DNA of 64,000 nucleotides from an uncultured Phycisphaerales bacterium (GCA_963755915.1 CAVWLP010000002.1:640001-704000); one strand, 5' to 3'; numbered from the stretch's first letter, positions 54,168 through 63,774 are shown. Notes: generated by a model not told the origin, from the sequence alone. Numbers and translations are program-made.

Positions 54168-54976
54168 GCCGGTGCTCCGACCAAACCACCGAAGCGGCGA
54201 CGAGCGAAGCGCTTGATGGCGTTAAGCCCGACCAGCCCGATGAAGATGCTGTTGGTGAAGAGATACCTTTTCCAGAGGCGTTTGGGTTCCTGGGAGAGAC
54301 GGAAGAGCCATTCGAGGCCGTGGCGCTGCATGAATTCGGGGGCGGTTTTTTTGTTTCCGGCGTGGAAATCGAAGGCGGCGCCGACGCAAAGCTGGACGGC
54401 GCGGATTTTTTCGCGATTGAGATCGGCGAAAGCTTCCTGGCGCGGGACACCGAGGCCGACGAAGACGATGGCGGCGCCGCTTTTGTTGATGCGGGCGCAG
54501 AGCTCGTCATTTTCGGCGGGGGTCATGGGTCGGAACGGGGGCGATTCGACGCCGGCGAGCTTAAGGTTGGGGAAGAGCTCGCGGAGACGGGAGGCGAGGA
54601 GGGCGAGGACGGGGCGGGTGCTGCCGCAGAGGAAGATGCTGAGGCCCTGCTTTTCGCAGCGTTCGCAGACGCGGCGCATGATTTCGGGGCCGTAGACGCG
54701 GTCGGCGAGGGCGGCCTGGTGGAAATAGTTGAGTGCCCAGCGGACGGGCTGTCCGTCGGGGGCGACGATGTCGCAGCGGTTGACGCTCTGGCGGAACTCG
54801 CGGTTGGTGGCGGCGGAGACGATGCCATGGACAGCAAGGAAGGTGGCGACACCACCGCGCTCGTTGACGGCGGCATCGAAGATTGCATCGACCGCCTGGT
54901 CGTAGTTGGTCACGCTGACACCGACACCGAAGAGGTCGCGTTTCCGCGGCCACTGAGATACTAAACTGGTTGTCAT
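54164..54976 (-). CDS. WecB/TagA/CpsF-family (GT26) glycosyltransferase
   Basis: APDGQPV, RVYGPE, PPFRP, VGLGVPRQE, VGAAFDF, GLEWLFRLSQEPKRLWKRY. Confidence 0.93.
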   Translation of the reverse strand: MTTSLVSQWPRKRDLFGVGVSVTNYDQAVDAIFDAAVNERGGVATFLAVHGIVSAATNREFRQSVNRCDIVAPDGQPVRWALNYFHQAALADRVYGPEIMRRVCERCEKQGLSIFLCGSTRPVLALLASRLRELFPNLKLAGVESPPFRPMTPAENDELCARINKSGAAIVFVGLGVPRQEAFADLNREKIRAVQLCVGAAFDFHAGNKKTAPEFMQRHGLEWLFRLSQEPKRLWKRYLFTNSIFIGLVGLNAIKRFARRRFGGLVGAPA

Positions 54977-55030
54977 TTTCTCACCCGACGTAAAGAACAA
55001 AATTTGATCGCAATATAGCCCGTTCAATCA

Positions 55031-56248
55031 TCAGCGTCCGCGGCGCAGGAGCACCGAGGGGACGGTCATGATGATGAGTTTTAAATCCTGGAAGATCGAT
55101 TGAGCGCGGATGTAACGGCGGTCCATGCGAATCCACTCGGCGAAGGTGACCTTGGAGCGGCCGTGGACCTGCCAGATGCAGGTGAGGCCGGGAGTTACAT
55201 CGAGGCGGCGGCGATGCCAGGTGGCGCAGCGGTTACTTTCCTCGACGGGGAGAGGGCGTGGTCCGACGAGGGACATGTCGCCGAGGAGGACGTTGAAGAG
55301 CTGGGGGAGCTCGTCGATGCTGGTTTCGCGGAGGAATCGGCCGACGCGGGTGATGCGGGGGTCGTGCTTGAGCTTGAAGGCGGGCCCGTCCTGTTCGCTT
55401 TTTTCGCGGAGCTTGGATTTTTTAAGGTCGGCGTCGAGGACCATGGTGCGGAACTTGAAGATGGTGAAGGGGCGGCCACCGAGGCCGGCGCGGCGCTGGC
55501 GGAAGAAGATGGGGCCGCGGTCGGAGAGCTTGATGGCGACGGCAGCGGCGGCCATGAAGGGGAGTGCCAGCAAAAGGATCGTGCTGCCGAGGACGACGTC
55601 GATAAAGCGTTTCCACCAGGGGAGGGGCTTGAGGAGGAGGCTGGAGACGTCGCCGGCGCTGACGGTGCGAAGGGGTGTCAGGGGGCGGAAATCCGGGACG
55701 CCAACGTCGTGCCCGGCGTATTCGATTCCACGTGCGATCTGGTCGGCGTCCATGCGTTCGTTATCGCTGTGCATTTGCCCTCGGTAGCCAAGAATGTTGC
55801 AGATGGGGGAGATGGCCCGGAAATTGGCGGATTCGGTGATGTCGCGGACGAAAGACATAGCGCCTTCCTCGGCGGTGTCTGGGAGGATGACGCAGAGGCG
55901 GCCTTTTTCGAACCAGCCGACTTCGTCGGTGGCGCGGGCGCGGCGGCAGAGGAGGCGAGCGAGCCTGGAAAGGTGCCTGGGGGTGGTATCGCCGGCGGCC
56001 CAGACGACGACGAGGCAGAACTCGTGGCCGTTGCGCTCGCAACGGGCGCATTCGCGATGGAGGATTGAGTCGATATTTCGGCGGGAATGGATATCGCGGA
56101 TGCGATAGAAATGCCTGGGACGGGCGCGAGCGATGAGCTGGCGCTTTTTGGGGCTACGAATTTTGGCCGGTGAGAATTCCCTGGCCGTCAGCGGCGCATC
56201 GGTGACACGGTGGACCGCTGTATTCTGGGCGATCATTGCTTCTTCCAC
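55031..56248 (-). CDS. Priming sugar transferase (Bac_transf) with N-terminal degenerate GGDEF-like domain
   Basis: KRFIDV, IFKFRTM, DPRITRVGRFLRETSIDELPQLFNVLLGDMSLVGPRP. N-terminal HRECARCER...RATDEVGWF...VILPDT. Confidence 0.88.
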   Translation of the reverse strand: MEEAMIAQNTAVHRVTDAPLTAREFSPAKIRSPKKRQLIARARPRHFYRIRDIHSRRNIDSILHRECARCERNGHEFCLVVVWAAGDTTPRHLSRLARLLCRRARATDEVGWFEKGRLCVILPDTAEEGAMSFVRDITESANFRAISPICNILGYRGQMHSDNERMDADQIARGIEYAGHDVGVPDFRPLTPLRTVSAGDVSSLLLKPLPWWKRFIDVVLGSTILLLALPFMAAAAVAIKLSDRGPIFFRQRRAGLGGRPFTIFKFRTMVLDADLKKSKLREKSEQDGPAFKLKHDPRITRVGRFLRETSIDELPQLFNVLLGDMSLVGPRPLPVEESNRCATWHRRRLDVTPGLTCIWQVHGRSKVTFAEWIRMDRRYIRAQSIFQDLKLIIMTVPSVLLRRGR

Positions 56249-56367
56249 TCCTTAACTACTACCGAACCAAACCCGGTCGGTTACCCACTGACCGGAGACA
56301 TAGTATTCAACATCTGTTGCCCGAAAACCAACGTGTCGCGGAATCACAAGCGAAGGCGATGCCGCGG

Positions 56368-58581
56368 TTACAAATCCTGCCCCTCGTCGTCCGAAGTTAA
56401 AATGGGCTGATACGTTCCTGCGCGTTTGTTGGGCACGATGCCCCTGGGAGCACGCGCACCACCCAATGCCATGGATTTAAGAGGATCGATTTGGCCCGGT
56501 TCGTTGATGACCAGGCCAAGGACGTTTGAGCCGACGCTGCGGAGAAGGCGGAGGCCCTGTCCGATCTGGCGGCGGGCGGTTGGCCGTGCCGCGGTGACGA
56601 GGATGGCGGCGGCGCAATTGGCGGCGAGGATGCGGGCTTCAACCCCGCGGCCGAGGGCCGGCGAATCGACGATAACGCGATCGTAGCGGTCGGACAGTTC
56701 TCCGAGGACGTCGATGAGAGTTTCGTTGTTGAGGAGCTCGACGGCACTGCCGGCGACGGTGCCACAGGGGAGCACGTCGATATTTTCGATGCTGGTGGAA
56801 TGGATGGCCGGATTGTCGTCGGTGCGACCGGAAAGCACGTCAAAAAGTCCGAATGAATTGCTGAGGGAGAATATGTGATGGATTTTGGGTTGGCGGCTGT
56901 TGGCGTCGACGAGGAGGACCTTTTGGCCACTTTGGGCCATGGCGATGGCGAGGTTGGTGGCGAGGGTGGTGCGGCCATCGAGGGGGTTGACGCTGGTGAC
57001 GAGAAGGGTGCGGCCGGTTTCGTCGTCGAGGCCTGTTTCGGCGAGGGCGCGAACGATGGACCTGGAGGCTTCGGCGACGGCGCCGGCCTGCTCGAGGTGC
57101 GTCTGGAGGGCGTGTTCGGCAATTGAACCGCGGGGGTCCATGCTGGGAAGAACGCCGAGGACGGGGGAGCCAAGGTCGGAGGAGAGGCGGCCGGTGTTTC
57201 TGGGGCCGATGGGGAGTTTTTCACGGGCGAGCGCGAGGCCGGCGCCGAGGAGCAATCCGACGAGCAGAGCGCCGGCGAGGGTCTTGGATTTGGAGGGGAA
57301 GCTAGGCTTGGGTGCGGGGATCGCGGGCTGGGTGATCTGGATGTTGAGATTACCGGCGTCCTGGTTGACGCTGACTTCGCCGATGCGTTTTTCGACGGTG
57401 TCGAGATCGTTTTCGATGCGGGTGACGTCGGTTTTGAGGCGGTCGTAGTCGGCGGCGCGATTGGCCTGGGCGAGGACCAACTGATGCTGCTGGTTGAAAG
57501 AATCCTGAAGCGCGTCGAGCTGGGCCTTGGCGGTGAGCCAGCGTTCGCGCTCGGCGCGGACGTAGGCGATGGTGAGCTGGTCGAGGCGATGATGGGTCTG
57601 GAGAACCACGGGGTGGTCGGGGAGATAGGTTCGCTCGAGGTCCTGGACGTTTTCCTGGAGGCGGAAGATTTCGGATTTGATGAGGGTCAATTGTTCGGGG
57701 GAGGCGGCGACGAGATCGCCGGCGGTGTCGGGGGCTTCGATTTGCTTTAGCTTGTCCTGATCGTCGCCGACCATGGCGACGGCCTGGTCGTAGGCGGCCT
57801 TGGAGTTGACGGTGTCGAGACGCGCGGTGGTGAGGGCGGTTGAGAGGGCCGCTTCCTGCTGGACGATGGGATCGGCGGTGGCGCTGTCGTAGGCGGTTTC
57901 GCCGTACATGTCGCGAAGGGCGGCCAATTGCTGGTTTTTAACGGCGAGGGCGTTTTCGTCGCGTTCGCGCTCGCGCTGAAGGAGATCGAGGGCTTCGGCG
58001 GAGGTGCTGTGCTGAATTCTTGTCTGATAAGTAATATAGGCCTGGACGATGGCGTTGACCATGGCGGCGGATTCGACGGGATTGCGGGCTTCGAGAGAGA
58101 CGGAAATGAGCTCGCTGTGCTTGACGACATCGGCGACGACGTTTTTCTGGAGGTAGTCGATGTGGTCGCCGACGTTTTGGAGGATGCTTAGGTCACCTAT
58201 GCCGTCTTGCGCGAGTGCGAGGGCGAGAACGGGGGTGGAGGTGATGAGCCGGCACTGGGTGTCGAGGTAGTCGTCGCTGGTGTCGATGTCGGATTGAGAT
58301 TGCTCGCCGATGACGTGTCCCTGACCCTGGACGATATAGAGCTCCGCGAAGCTGGTATAGCTGCGCGGGGCGACGAGGAGGAAGATGGAGGCGAAGACGA
58401 GCGAGGCAAATACGGACCAGCCGATGATGTTTCTGCGCTTCCAGAGGGAGTGGACAATGGGCTGTTCCGCGTGGCGCTCGGCGGGATGGGCGAGTTGGCG
58501 TGACGGAATCTTGGCGAGCGAATTGTTCGTAAAATCAGAAATGGTCATTACTCCCGGAGAACGCGATTTGGCGCCGGCCAT
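56368..58581 (-). CDS. wzc: Wzc-like copolymerase / BY-kinase with degenerate Walker A
   Basis: Wzz-type TMs, coiled coil, TSVNPLDGRTT, LLVDAN, VIVDSP. Confidence 0.82.
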   Translation of the reverse strand: MAGAKSRSPGVMTISDFTNNSLAKIPSRQLAHPAERHAEQPIVHSLWKRRNIIGWSVFASLVFASIFLLVAPRSYTSFAELYIVQGQGHVIGEQSQSDIDTSDDYLDTQCRLITSTPVLALALAQDGIGDLSILQNVGDHIDYLQKNVVADVVKHSELISVSLEARNPVESAAMVNAIVQAYITYQTRIQHSTSAEALDLLQRERERDENALAVKNQQLAALRDMYGETAYDSATADPIVQQEAALSTALTTARLDTVNSKAAYDQAVAMVGDDQDKLKQIEAPDTAGDLVAASPEQLTLIKSEIFRLQENVQDLERTYLPDHPVVLQTHHRLDQLTIAYVRAERERWLTAKAQLDALQDSFNQQHQLVLAQANRAADYDRLKTDVTRIENDLDTVEKRIGEVSVNQDAGNLNIQITQPAIPAPKPSFPSKSKTLAGALLVGLLLGAGLALAREKLPIGPRNTGRLSSDLGSPVLGVLPSMDPRGSIAEHALQTHLEQAGAVAEASRSIVRALAETGLDDETGRTLLVTSVNPLDGRTTLATNLAIAMAQSGQKVLLVDANSRQPKIHHIFSLSNSFGLFDVLSGRTDDNPAIHSTSIENIDVLPCGTVAGSAVELLNNETLIDVLGELSDRYDRVIVDSPALGRGVEARILAANCAAAILVTAARPTARRQIGQGLRLLRSVGSNVLGLVINEPGQIDPLKSMALGGARAPRGIVPNKRAGTYQPILTSDDEGQDL

Positions 58582-58788
58582 ACAATAGCGGCGTTGGGGA
58601 TATATAACCCGGCTTCGCCTGCCGCGAGAAAAATTCTCTGGTGTTTTAACCGCACACGCGGTCGGCGGCTGTTAAGCTGGAAGAGCTGTAAGGCTTGCTA
58701 GTTCTATAACGATTATGGGAACCAGGCAAATTATTGGACCTTTTTTTCACAGCTTGTATACGCCCGGAAGCTGACTTATATCTATCCC

Positions 58789-59334
58789 ATGATTCACTCC
58801 TGGCATGATGTCACCCCTGGCGAGAATATCCCGCAAGAGTTCGCTGCGATCATAGAAATCCCGTTTGGATCGAGCGTTAAATATGAGCTGGATAAGGAGA
58901 GCGGGCTGATCAAATTGGATCGGGTGCTGTATTCGGCGGTTTATTACCCGGCGAACTACGGATTTATACCGCAGACGCTTGCGGAGGATGGGGACCCGCT
59001 GGACGTGCTAGTGCTGTGCCAGGAGACGGTGGTGCCGCTGACGCTGATTCCGTCGGTGCGGACGATCGGGCTGATGACGATGATCGACGCGGGGAAGAAG
59101 GACCACAAGATCATCGGGGTGGCGACGGAGGACCCGGAATTCAATGTGTATCACGAAGCGGGGCAAATGCCGCCGCACCGGCTGACAATGCTGCGGAGAT
59201 TTTTCCAGGATTACAAGCAGTTGGAGGGAAAGGCGGTGGAGGTGGACGAGATCGAGCCGGCGAAGATGGCGTATCCGATTATTGAGGATGCCCTGCATCG
59301 GTATAGCAAGCAGAGGAGGAAGGGGTTTAAGTGA
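58789..59334 (+). CDS. ppa: Family I inorganic pyrophosphatase
   Basis: [41 protein letters not shown]. Confidence 0.95.
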   Translation: MIHSWHDVTPGENIPQEFAAIIEIPFGSSVKYELDKESGLIKLDRVLYSAVYYPANYGFIPQTLAEDGDPLDVLVLCQETVVPLTLIPSVRTIGLMTMIDAGKKDHKIIGVATEDPEFNVYHEAGQMPPHRLTMLRRFFQDYKQLEGKAVEVDEIEPAKMAYPIIEDALHRYSKQRRKGFK

Positions 59335-59365
59335 TTGCCGAATGCCGATTGCCGATTGCTGAATG
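59333..59365. repeat. Heptamer tandem repeat (GATTGCC/GAATGCC)
   Basis: gattgcc gaatgcc gattgcc gattgct gaatg. A similar run lies at ~63685-63704. Confidence 0.6.
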
Positions 59366-59379
59366 AAAGGCGCGGCTGG

Positions 59380-59424
59380 AAAACGGGGACGCAGCTAGTT
59401 GCTAACTAGCTGCGTCCCCGTTTT
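59380..59424. terminator. Perfect 21-bp inverted repeat between convergent genes (bidirectional terminator or REP-like element)
   Basis: aaaacggggacgcagctagtt-gct-aactagctgcgtccccgtttt. Confidence 0.75.
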
Positions 59425-59425
59425 T

Positions 59426-60484
59426 TTATGTCTCGATCCGTTTGAATTCCGGGCGTTGGGAGAGGAGGAGCATTCGGCTCCACCAGCGCATAATGATGAC
59501 GGCGGCGTAGGTGACGGGGAGGAACATGAGGATCATGAGTCCTTCGGGGATTCCGACGAAGCAGATGACGAAGGTGGCGTCGTAGACGATGAGCCACATG
59601 AGTCCTGCGAGCATGAGGGATTGTCCGGCGGCGCGGGAGTTGGCGCTGTGCCTGCGGATGTAGAAACCGAGGGCGAAGAATACGGCGGCGGCGAGGGCGG
59701 GGCCGATGAGGGCGGGAGAGAGGGTGAGCGTTCCGCCGACGAATGCGGGGGTGGTATTGTGGCGGCGATAGGCGATCAGACCGACGGCGAGAATATCCAA
59801 CAAAGCCAATCCGGCGACGACGGACCAGAAGTGCCAGCGGCGCAGGGGCGGGCGTTTGTGTTCCCAGAAATAGGCGAGGGTTGAGACGATGGCGACGTGA
59901 TTCATGAGCAGGAGGGGATGCCAGAGGACGGGGAGGCTGGGGGCGGCGATGGCGGCGTGGAAGAAGCGAATGAGGCCGAGGGAGAGCAGGCCGAGAGGGA
60001 CGAGATATTTGGCGGCGAAGTCGTAGAAGACGATCAGAGCGATGGTGAAGACGACGAGCCAGATGCTGAGGTTTGCGCCGGTGACGCTAGTGTAGATTTC
60101 GCCGGCGAAGAGGGCGAGGAGGAAGAGCATGGCGCAGACGATGTGTGCGGTTCCGACACCGATGCGGCCGCTGGGGAGGGGGCGATGGGGAGACATCTGG
60201 CGATCGCGACGGCGGTCGATGATGTCGTTGAGGCTCATGCCGAAGCCATAGAGGCCGATGGAAAGGAATGCGAGGGCGAGGCATTGGCGTGGGTCGAGCT
60301 GGTCCCAGAGGAGGCCATGGTTGAGATAGGCGCGTTGTTTGGCCCAGAGCATGAGTTCGCAGCCACTGTCGGCGAGGGCGGTGAAGACGAGTGCCATGCG
60401 GGTAAGCTGGAGAACGGGCAACAGTTTTTGGGAGAGGGAGGGCACTGCGAAGGGGATGATATCAAAGGGGGGCAGCAGAGCCAT
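59426..60484 (-). CDS. UbiA-family prenyltransferase-like membrane protein
   Basis: LNDIIDRRRD...RPLPSGRI (NDxxD motif). Multi-TM. Confidence 0.8.
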   Translation of the reverse strand: MALLPPFDIIPFAVPSLSQKLLPVLQLTRMALVFTALADSGCELMLWAKQRAYLNHGLLWDQLDPRQCLALAFLSIGLYGFGMSLNDIIDRRRDRQMSPHRPLPSGRIGVGTAHIVCAMLFLLALFAGEIYTSVTGANLSIWLVVFTIALIVFYDFAAKYLVPLGLLSLGLIRFFHAAIAAPSLPVLWHPLLLMNHVAIVSTLAYFWEHKRPPLRRWHFWSVVAGLALLDILAVGLIAYRRHNTTPAFVGGTLTLSPALIGPALAAAVFFALGFYIRRHSANSRAAGQSLMLAGLMWLIVYDATFVICFVGIPEGLMILMFLPVTYAAVIIMRWWSRMLLLSQRPEFKRIET

Positions 60485-60739
60485 GGGTGCGGCTTGTCGC
60501 GAAATATGGATTGGTTGACGTAAACGGGTGTAGATGGGTCAGGGGCTGGCCAAAAAACGGGGCTCTGGAATTGTGGAGTGTAACGGGTTGTCTGGCAGAT
60601 ATTTATCGGCATTTTTTGGTGATTTTGTGGTTCGGAGGAGGGGTATTAACCGCGAAATTGGAGCAAGAATTAAGATAAATTCCAAGGGAGAATTGGTGGA
60701 TTCTTCTTGCAATTTTAGTGAAGCACGGATAATGTGATT

Positions 60740-60950
60740 CGTGGATTTAGGGGAGAGGTTCGCCTCTTGAAGGTGTTTTCGTGGCCGTTGGTATGCAACG
60801 GCGCGGTTTTAGGGGGCGGTAAAGAGATTGAGACAAAAAAACCTGCCACAGTGGGAGCGCATTGTGCCTGTGTTCCCACGAGAATGACTCAAATTCTGGC
60901 AGGAGTTCCCGAGCCCACAGCGTCTTGGCGGCTGTGGGCCTTTTTTTTGC
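60740..60950 (+). ncRNA. Candidate structured small RNA or leader ending in an intrinsic terminator
   Basis: Hairpins AGAGG-TTCG-CCTCT and GCCGTTG-N5-CAACGGC, multibranch CCTGCCA..TGGCAGG, terminator GCCCACAGC..GCTGTGGGC-C-T8. GATAAT just upstream. Confidence 0.45.
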
Positions 60951-60999
60951 GCGGGGAGTCGTGGCTCATCCTTTGTGGGAAGAGCTCACGGCGGCGCGG

Positions 61000-61077
61000 T
61001 TCGACTGTCTTCGACCCTGAGGCTCGATTCGACTGAGGCTCATCGAAGTCAGACCCGAAGGGAGCTCACCGAAGTCC
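61000..61077. repeat. Nested TTCGAC/CGAAGTC palindromic repeat remnant
   Basis: tgtcttcgaccctgaggctc...gagctcaccgaagtcc. Related pieces at 38996-39160 (tgtcttcgacccagagttcagac, ggacttcggcaagctc). Confidence 0.5.
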
Positions 61078-61333
61078 GTGGGCGTTCCGAGAATTCAATG
61101 GGGCGGGAAAAGTGGTCCGGTGTTGATGGATGAGATTGGGGACAACCTGTTGAAAACGCTGGAAAATCCGACGTTTTTTGCAGCGGAGCGTTGAAAACGC
61201 CCGATTATTCCGGTAGTTTTGAGGAGATGTCGCTGGAATGGCCCGGCGATTCGCGGAGAAAAGCGAGCGATGTGCTCGCGGACACCGCGTGTGATGGCTC
61301 CATATAGATGCTCAGGAAAGGAGATTCTATTTT

Positions 61334-61636
61334 ATGGCCAACAAGAGTTTGACGAAGTCCGAGATCGCCGCCCATCTGGCGGAAAAGGTTGGGATCACCA
61401 AGAAGCAGGTGACGCTGCTTCTGGAGGCGCAGGCTGAACTGGCTTACAAGCACGCGAAGAATGTTTTCACGCTGCCGGGGCTGGGGAAGCTGAAGCTGGT
61501 GGATCGGCCAGCGCGGAAGATGATCATGCGATTTGGTCCGGATGCGGGCAAAGAGATCCTGGTTCCGAAGAGCAAGAAGGTAAAATTCAGCATCGCGAAG
61601 GCGGCGCGGGTTGCGATTCTCGGCACGAAGAAGTAA
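61334..61636 (+). CDS. HU-family DNA-binding protein
   Basis: LTKSEIAAHLAEKVGITKKQ...FTLPGLGKL...RPAR...G.EI.VP..KKVKF. Confidence 0.93.
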   Translation: MANKSLTKSEIAAHLAEKVGITKKQVTLLLEAQAELAYKHAKNVFTLPGLGKLKLVDRPARKMIMRFGPDAGKEILVPKSKKVKFSIAKAARVAILGTKK

Positions 61637-61668
61637 TCGCGTCACAACAGGGACAAAAAGGCACTTGC

Positions 61669-61698
61669 AGCCGCGGGCGAAAGCCACGCGGCTTTTTT
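61669..61698 (+). terminator. Intrinsic terminator after HU
   Basis: agccgcg-ggc-gaaa-gcc-a-cgcggct-ttttt. Confidence 0.75.
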
Positions 61699-61750
61699 CA
61701 TTTTGGCGTGAACACGCTGAGCGGGCGGATTTCGGATAATTTGTGGTTGC

Positions 61751-61765
61751 GGGTACGGAGGTTGC
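61751..61765 (+). promoter_or_regulatory. Possible sigma54-like promoter
   Basis: GGGTAC-GGAGG-TTGC keeps the GG-N10-GC spacing, but the -24 element is imperfect. Confidence 0.3.
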
Positions 61766-61801
61766 GGCCATGAAATTTGGAAGTCTGTTCAAGGAGCCGA
61801 C

Positions 61802-62317
61802 GTGGAACTTCAGGCGCAAGGAAATGGCAGCAGCAATCTCGGCAATGAGGGGCGATGGAGCAATAACCCCCAAGGCGAGGAATTCGTGAGCCAGCTCAAT
61901 TCAATTTTGCGCGGGGAGATCGCGGCGGCGGAAACGTATGCGATGGCGATCGAGAAGATGATCGAGGAGGGTCGCCAGCCGGCACACGTGGCGCTGCTGC
62001 GGGCGCTGCGGCAGGAGCATGTGCAGGCGGCGGAGAACATTCGGCGGCGAATAGCGGCGATCGGAGGAATCGCGGAGGGAAGTTCCGGCGCGTGGGGCGC
62101 GTGGGTGAAGTTTGCAATCGGGACGGCGCAGATTTTCGGAGACTCGGCGGTGCTGCGTACGCTGAAGGATGGGGAGACGCATGGACTGAAAGACCTGGAA
62201 GAAGCGGCCAAAACGGTCGATGCGGAATCGGCGGCGATGATTGAGAGCGAACTTGTGCCGGCGCAGGGGCGGCATATTCGGCAGCTCGAAGAGATCATCA
62301 ATCTGCTGAGCAGTTGA
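61802..62317 (+). CDS. PA2169/DUF2383-family ferritin-like four-helix-bundle protein
   Basis: LNSILRGEIAAAETY...EH...SSGAWGAW...LKDGETHGL...Q.RHI. Confidence 0.75.
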   Translation: MELQAQGNGSSNLGNEGRWSNNPQGEEFVSQLNSILRGEIAAAETYAMAIEKMIEEGRQPAHVALLRALRQEHVQAAENIRRRIAAIGGIAEGSSGAWGAWVKFAIGTAQIFGDSAVLRTLKDGETHGLKDLEEAAKTVDAESAAMIESELVPAQGRHIRQLEEIINLLSS

Positions 62318-62334
62318 ATATTTTTCGTTCGGGG

Positions 62335-63540
62335 CTATTGGGGAATAATTTTGACGAACTTTCTGTTGCCGAGTTGAAGGACGGTGGGTTTTTCGAAGGT
62401 GTGTTCCTGGGCGGGGTCGAGAAGTTTCTGGCCATCGATGCGTACGGCGCCTTCGCGGATTTTGCGAATGGCTTCGCTGTTGGAGGCGGCGAGGCCGGCT
62501 TTAACGAGAAGGGGCGGGAGTTTCTGGGGGGTGGGATCGATGGTGATTTCGGGCATTTCGTCGGGAACTCCGCCGTGGGTGGTTTTGACGAATTCGGATT
62601 CGGCGGCGGAGGCGGCGGATGAATCGTGCAGCCAGGTGATGAGGATTTTGGCGAGGGCGACCTTGGCGTCGCGGGGGTTTTTGGAGATGGCGGGGCGGAA
62701 ATGGTCGGGGGATTCGTCGGTTAGGAGGGTGAAGTAGTTTTCGAGCAGGGCATCGGGGAGGCTCATGATTTTGCCAAACATTCCATCCGGGCCGGAGGGG
62801 GGATCGGTGACGGCGATATGGTTGCCTTTGCTCTTGGACATTTTGGCTTTGCCGTCGAGGCCGATGAGGAGGGGCGTGACCATGACGACCTGGGGGTCTT
62901 TGCCTTCCTCCTTCTGGAATTCGCGGCCGACGAGGCTGTTGAAGAGCTGGTCGGAGCCGCCCATTTCAACGTCGGCGTCGATGACGACGCTGTCCCAGCC
63001 CTGGAGGAGTGGGTAGAGGAATTCGTGGATGCGGATGTCGCCGCCGGCCTGGTAACGCTCCTTGAAGCTGTCGCGCTCGAGCATTTGAGCGACAGACTTT
63101 CGGCTGGCGAGCTTGATGAGGTCGATGAGGTTCATGGCGCCGAGCCATTGGCCGTTGTAGCGGACTTCGAGATGTTCGACATCCGTGAGAAGGATTTTGG
63201 CAATTTGGGCGACGTAGGTTTTTGCGTTGGCGTCGATCTGCTGGCCGCTGAGGACGGGTCGGGTGGCGTTTCTGCCGGAGGGATCACCGACGCGGGCGGT
63301 GTAGTCGCCGATGATGAGGACGGCTTTGTGTCCGAATTCCTGGAACTGGCGAATGACTTTGAGAGGGACGACGTGGCCGAGGGTGACGTCGGGTGCGGTG
63401 GGGTCCATGCCGAACTTGATGCGGAGGGGCTTGGCGGATTTTTCGGCGGCGAGGAGTTTTCGACGGAGGTCGTCTTCGGTGAAGATGCGCTCGCAACGGC
63501 GGGAGAGGAGGCGGAGTTGATCGTCGATGGAAGGGGGCAT
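62335..63540 (-). CDS. tyrS: Tyrosyl-tRNA synthetase
   Basis: IKFGMDPTAPDVTLGH, IGDYTARVGDPSGR, YPLLQGWDS, GGSDQLFN, KMSKS, C-terminal S4 domain. Confidence 0.96.
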   Translation of the reverse strand: MPPSIDDQLRLLSRRCERIFTEDDLRRKLLAAEKSAKPLRIKFGMDPTAPDVTLGHVVPLKVIRQFQEFGHKAVLIIGDYTARVGDPSGRNATRPVLSGQQIDANAKTYVAQIAKILLTDVEHLEVRYNGQWLGAMNLIDLIKLASRKSVAQMLERDSFKERYQAGGDIRIHEFLYPLLQGWDSVVIDADVEMGGSDQLFNSLVGREFQKEEGKDPQVVMVTPLLIGLDGKAKMSKSKGNHIAVTDPPSGPDGMFGKIMSLPDALLENYFTLLTDESPDHFRPAISKNPRDAKVALAKILITWLHDSSAASAAESEFVKTTHGGVPDEMPEITIDPTPQKLPPLLVKAGLAASNSEAIRKIREGAVRIDGQKLLDPAQEHTFEKPTVLQLGNRKFVKIIPQ

Positions 63541-63637
63541 AGGAGGAGGGGATTTTAGGGGTTGGGGATGGGGGGGGCAAACGGGGGAATGCCGGGTAAT
63601 GGGTTAGTTTGGAATCGATGATGGGAATGCGAGGCAT

Positions 63638-63656
63638 CCCACGGCGGCGCCGTGGG
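63638..63656. repeat. REP-like palindrome CCCACGGCG-G-CGCCGTGGG
   Basis: Perfect inverted repeat in an intergenic region. Confidence 0.5.
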
Positions 63657-63774
63657 CGTTCCGGGATCAAACTGACTCCCCTACCGATTGCCAAATGCCG
63701 AATGGGAAGGCGGGGGAAATGGCGCGGGGTTGTGGCTGGCTTGCGGAGGAGAGTGGATCGCTTATTCTGCGGCG

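Noticed and set aside
60770-60905. Cobalamin riboswitch (GCCAC, TGGGA, ACCTGCC fragments)
   Set aside because: The motifs are in the wrong order and the AGGGAA..GGTG..TCC core is absent.
61136-61198. DnaA-box-like 9-mers (TGGGGACAA, TGTTGAAAA) suggesting oriC
   Set aside because: Only 7/9 matches, few copies, no dnaA, and no skew switch here.
38200-63710. CRISPR array
   Set aside because: The repeats seen are short heptamer runs or dispersed palindromes. There are no regularly spaced identical repeats with unique spacers and no cas genes.
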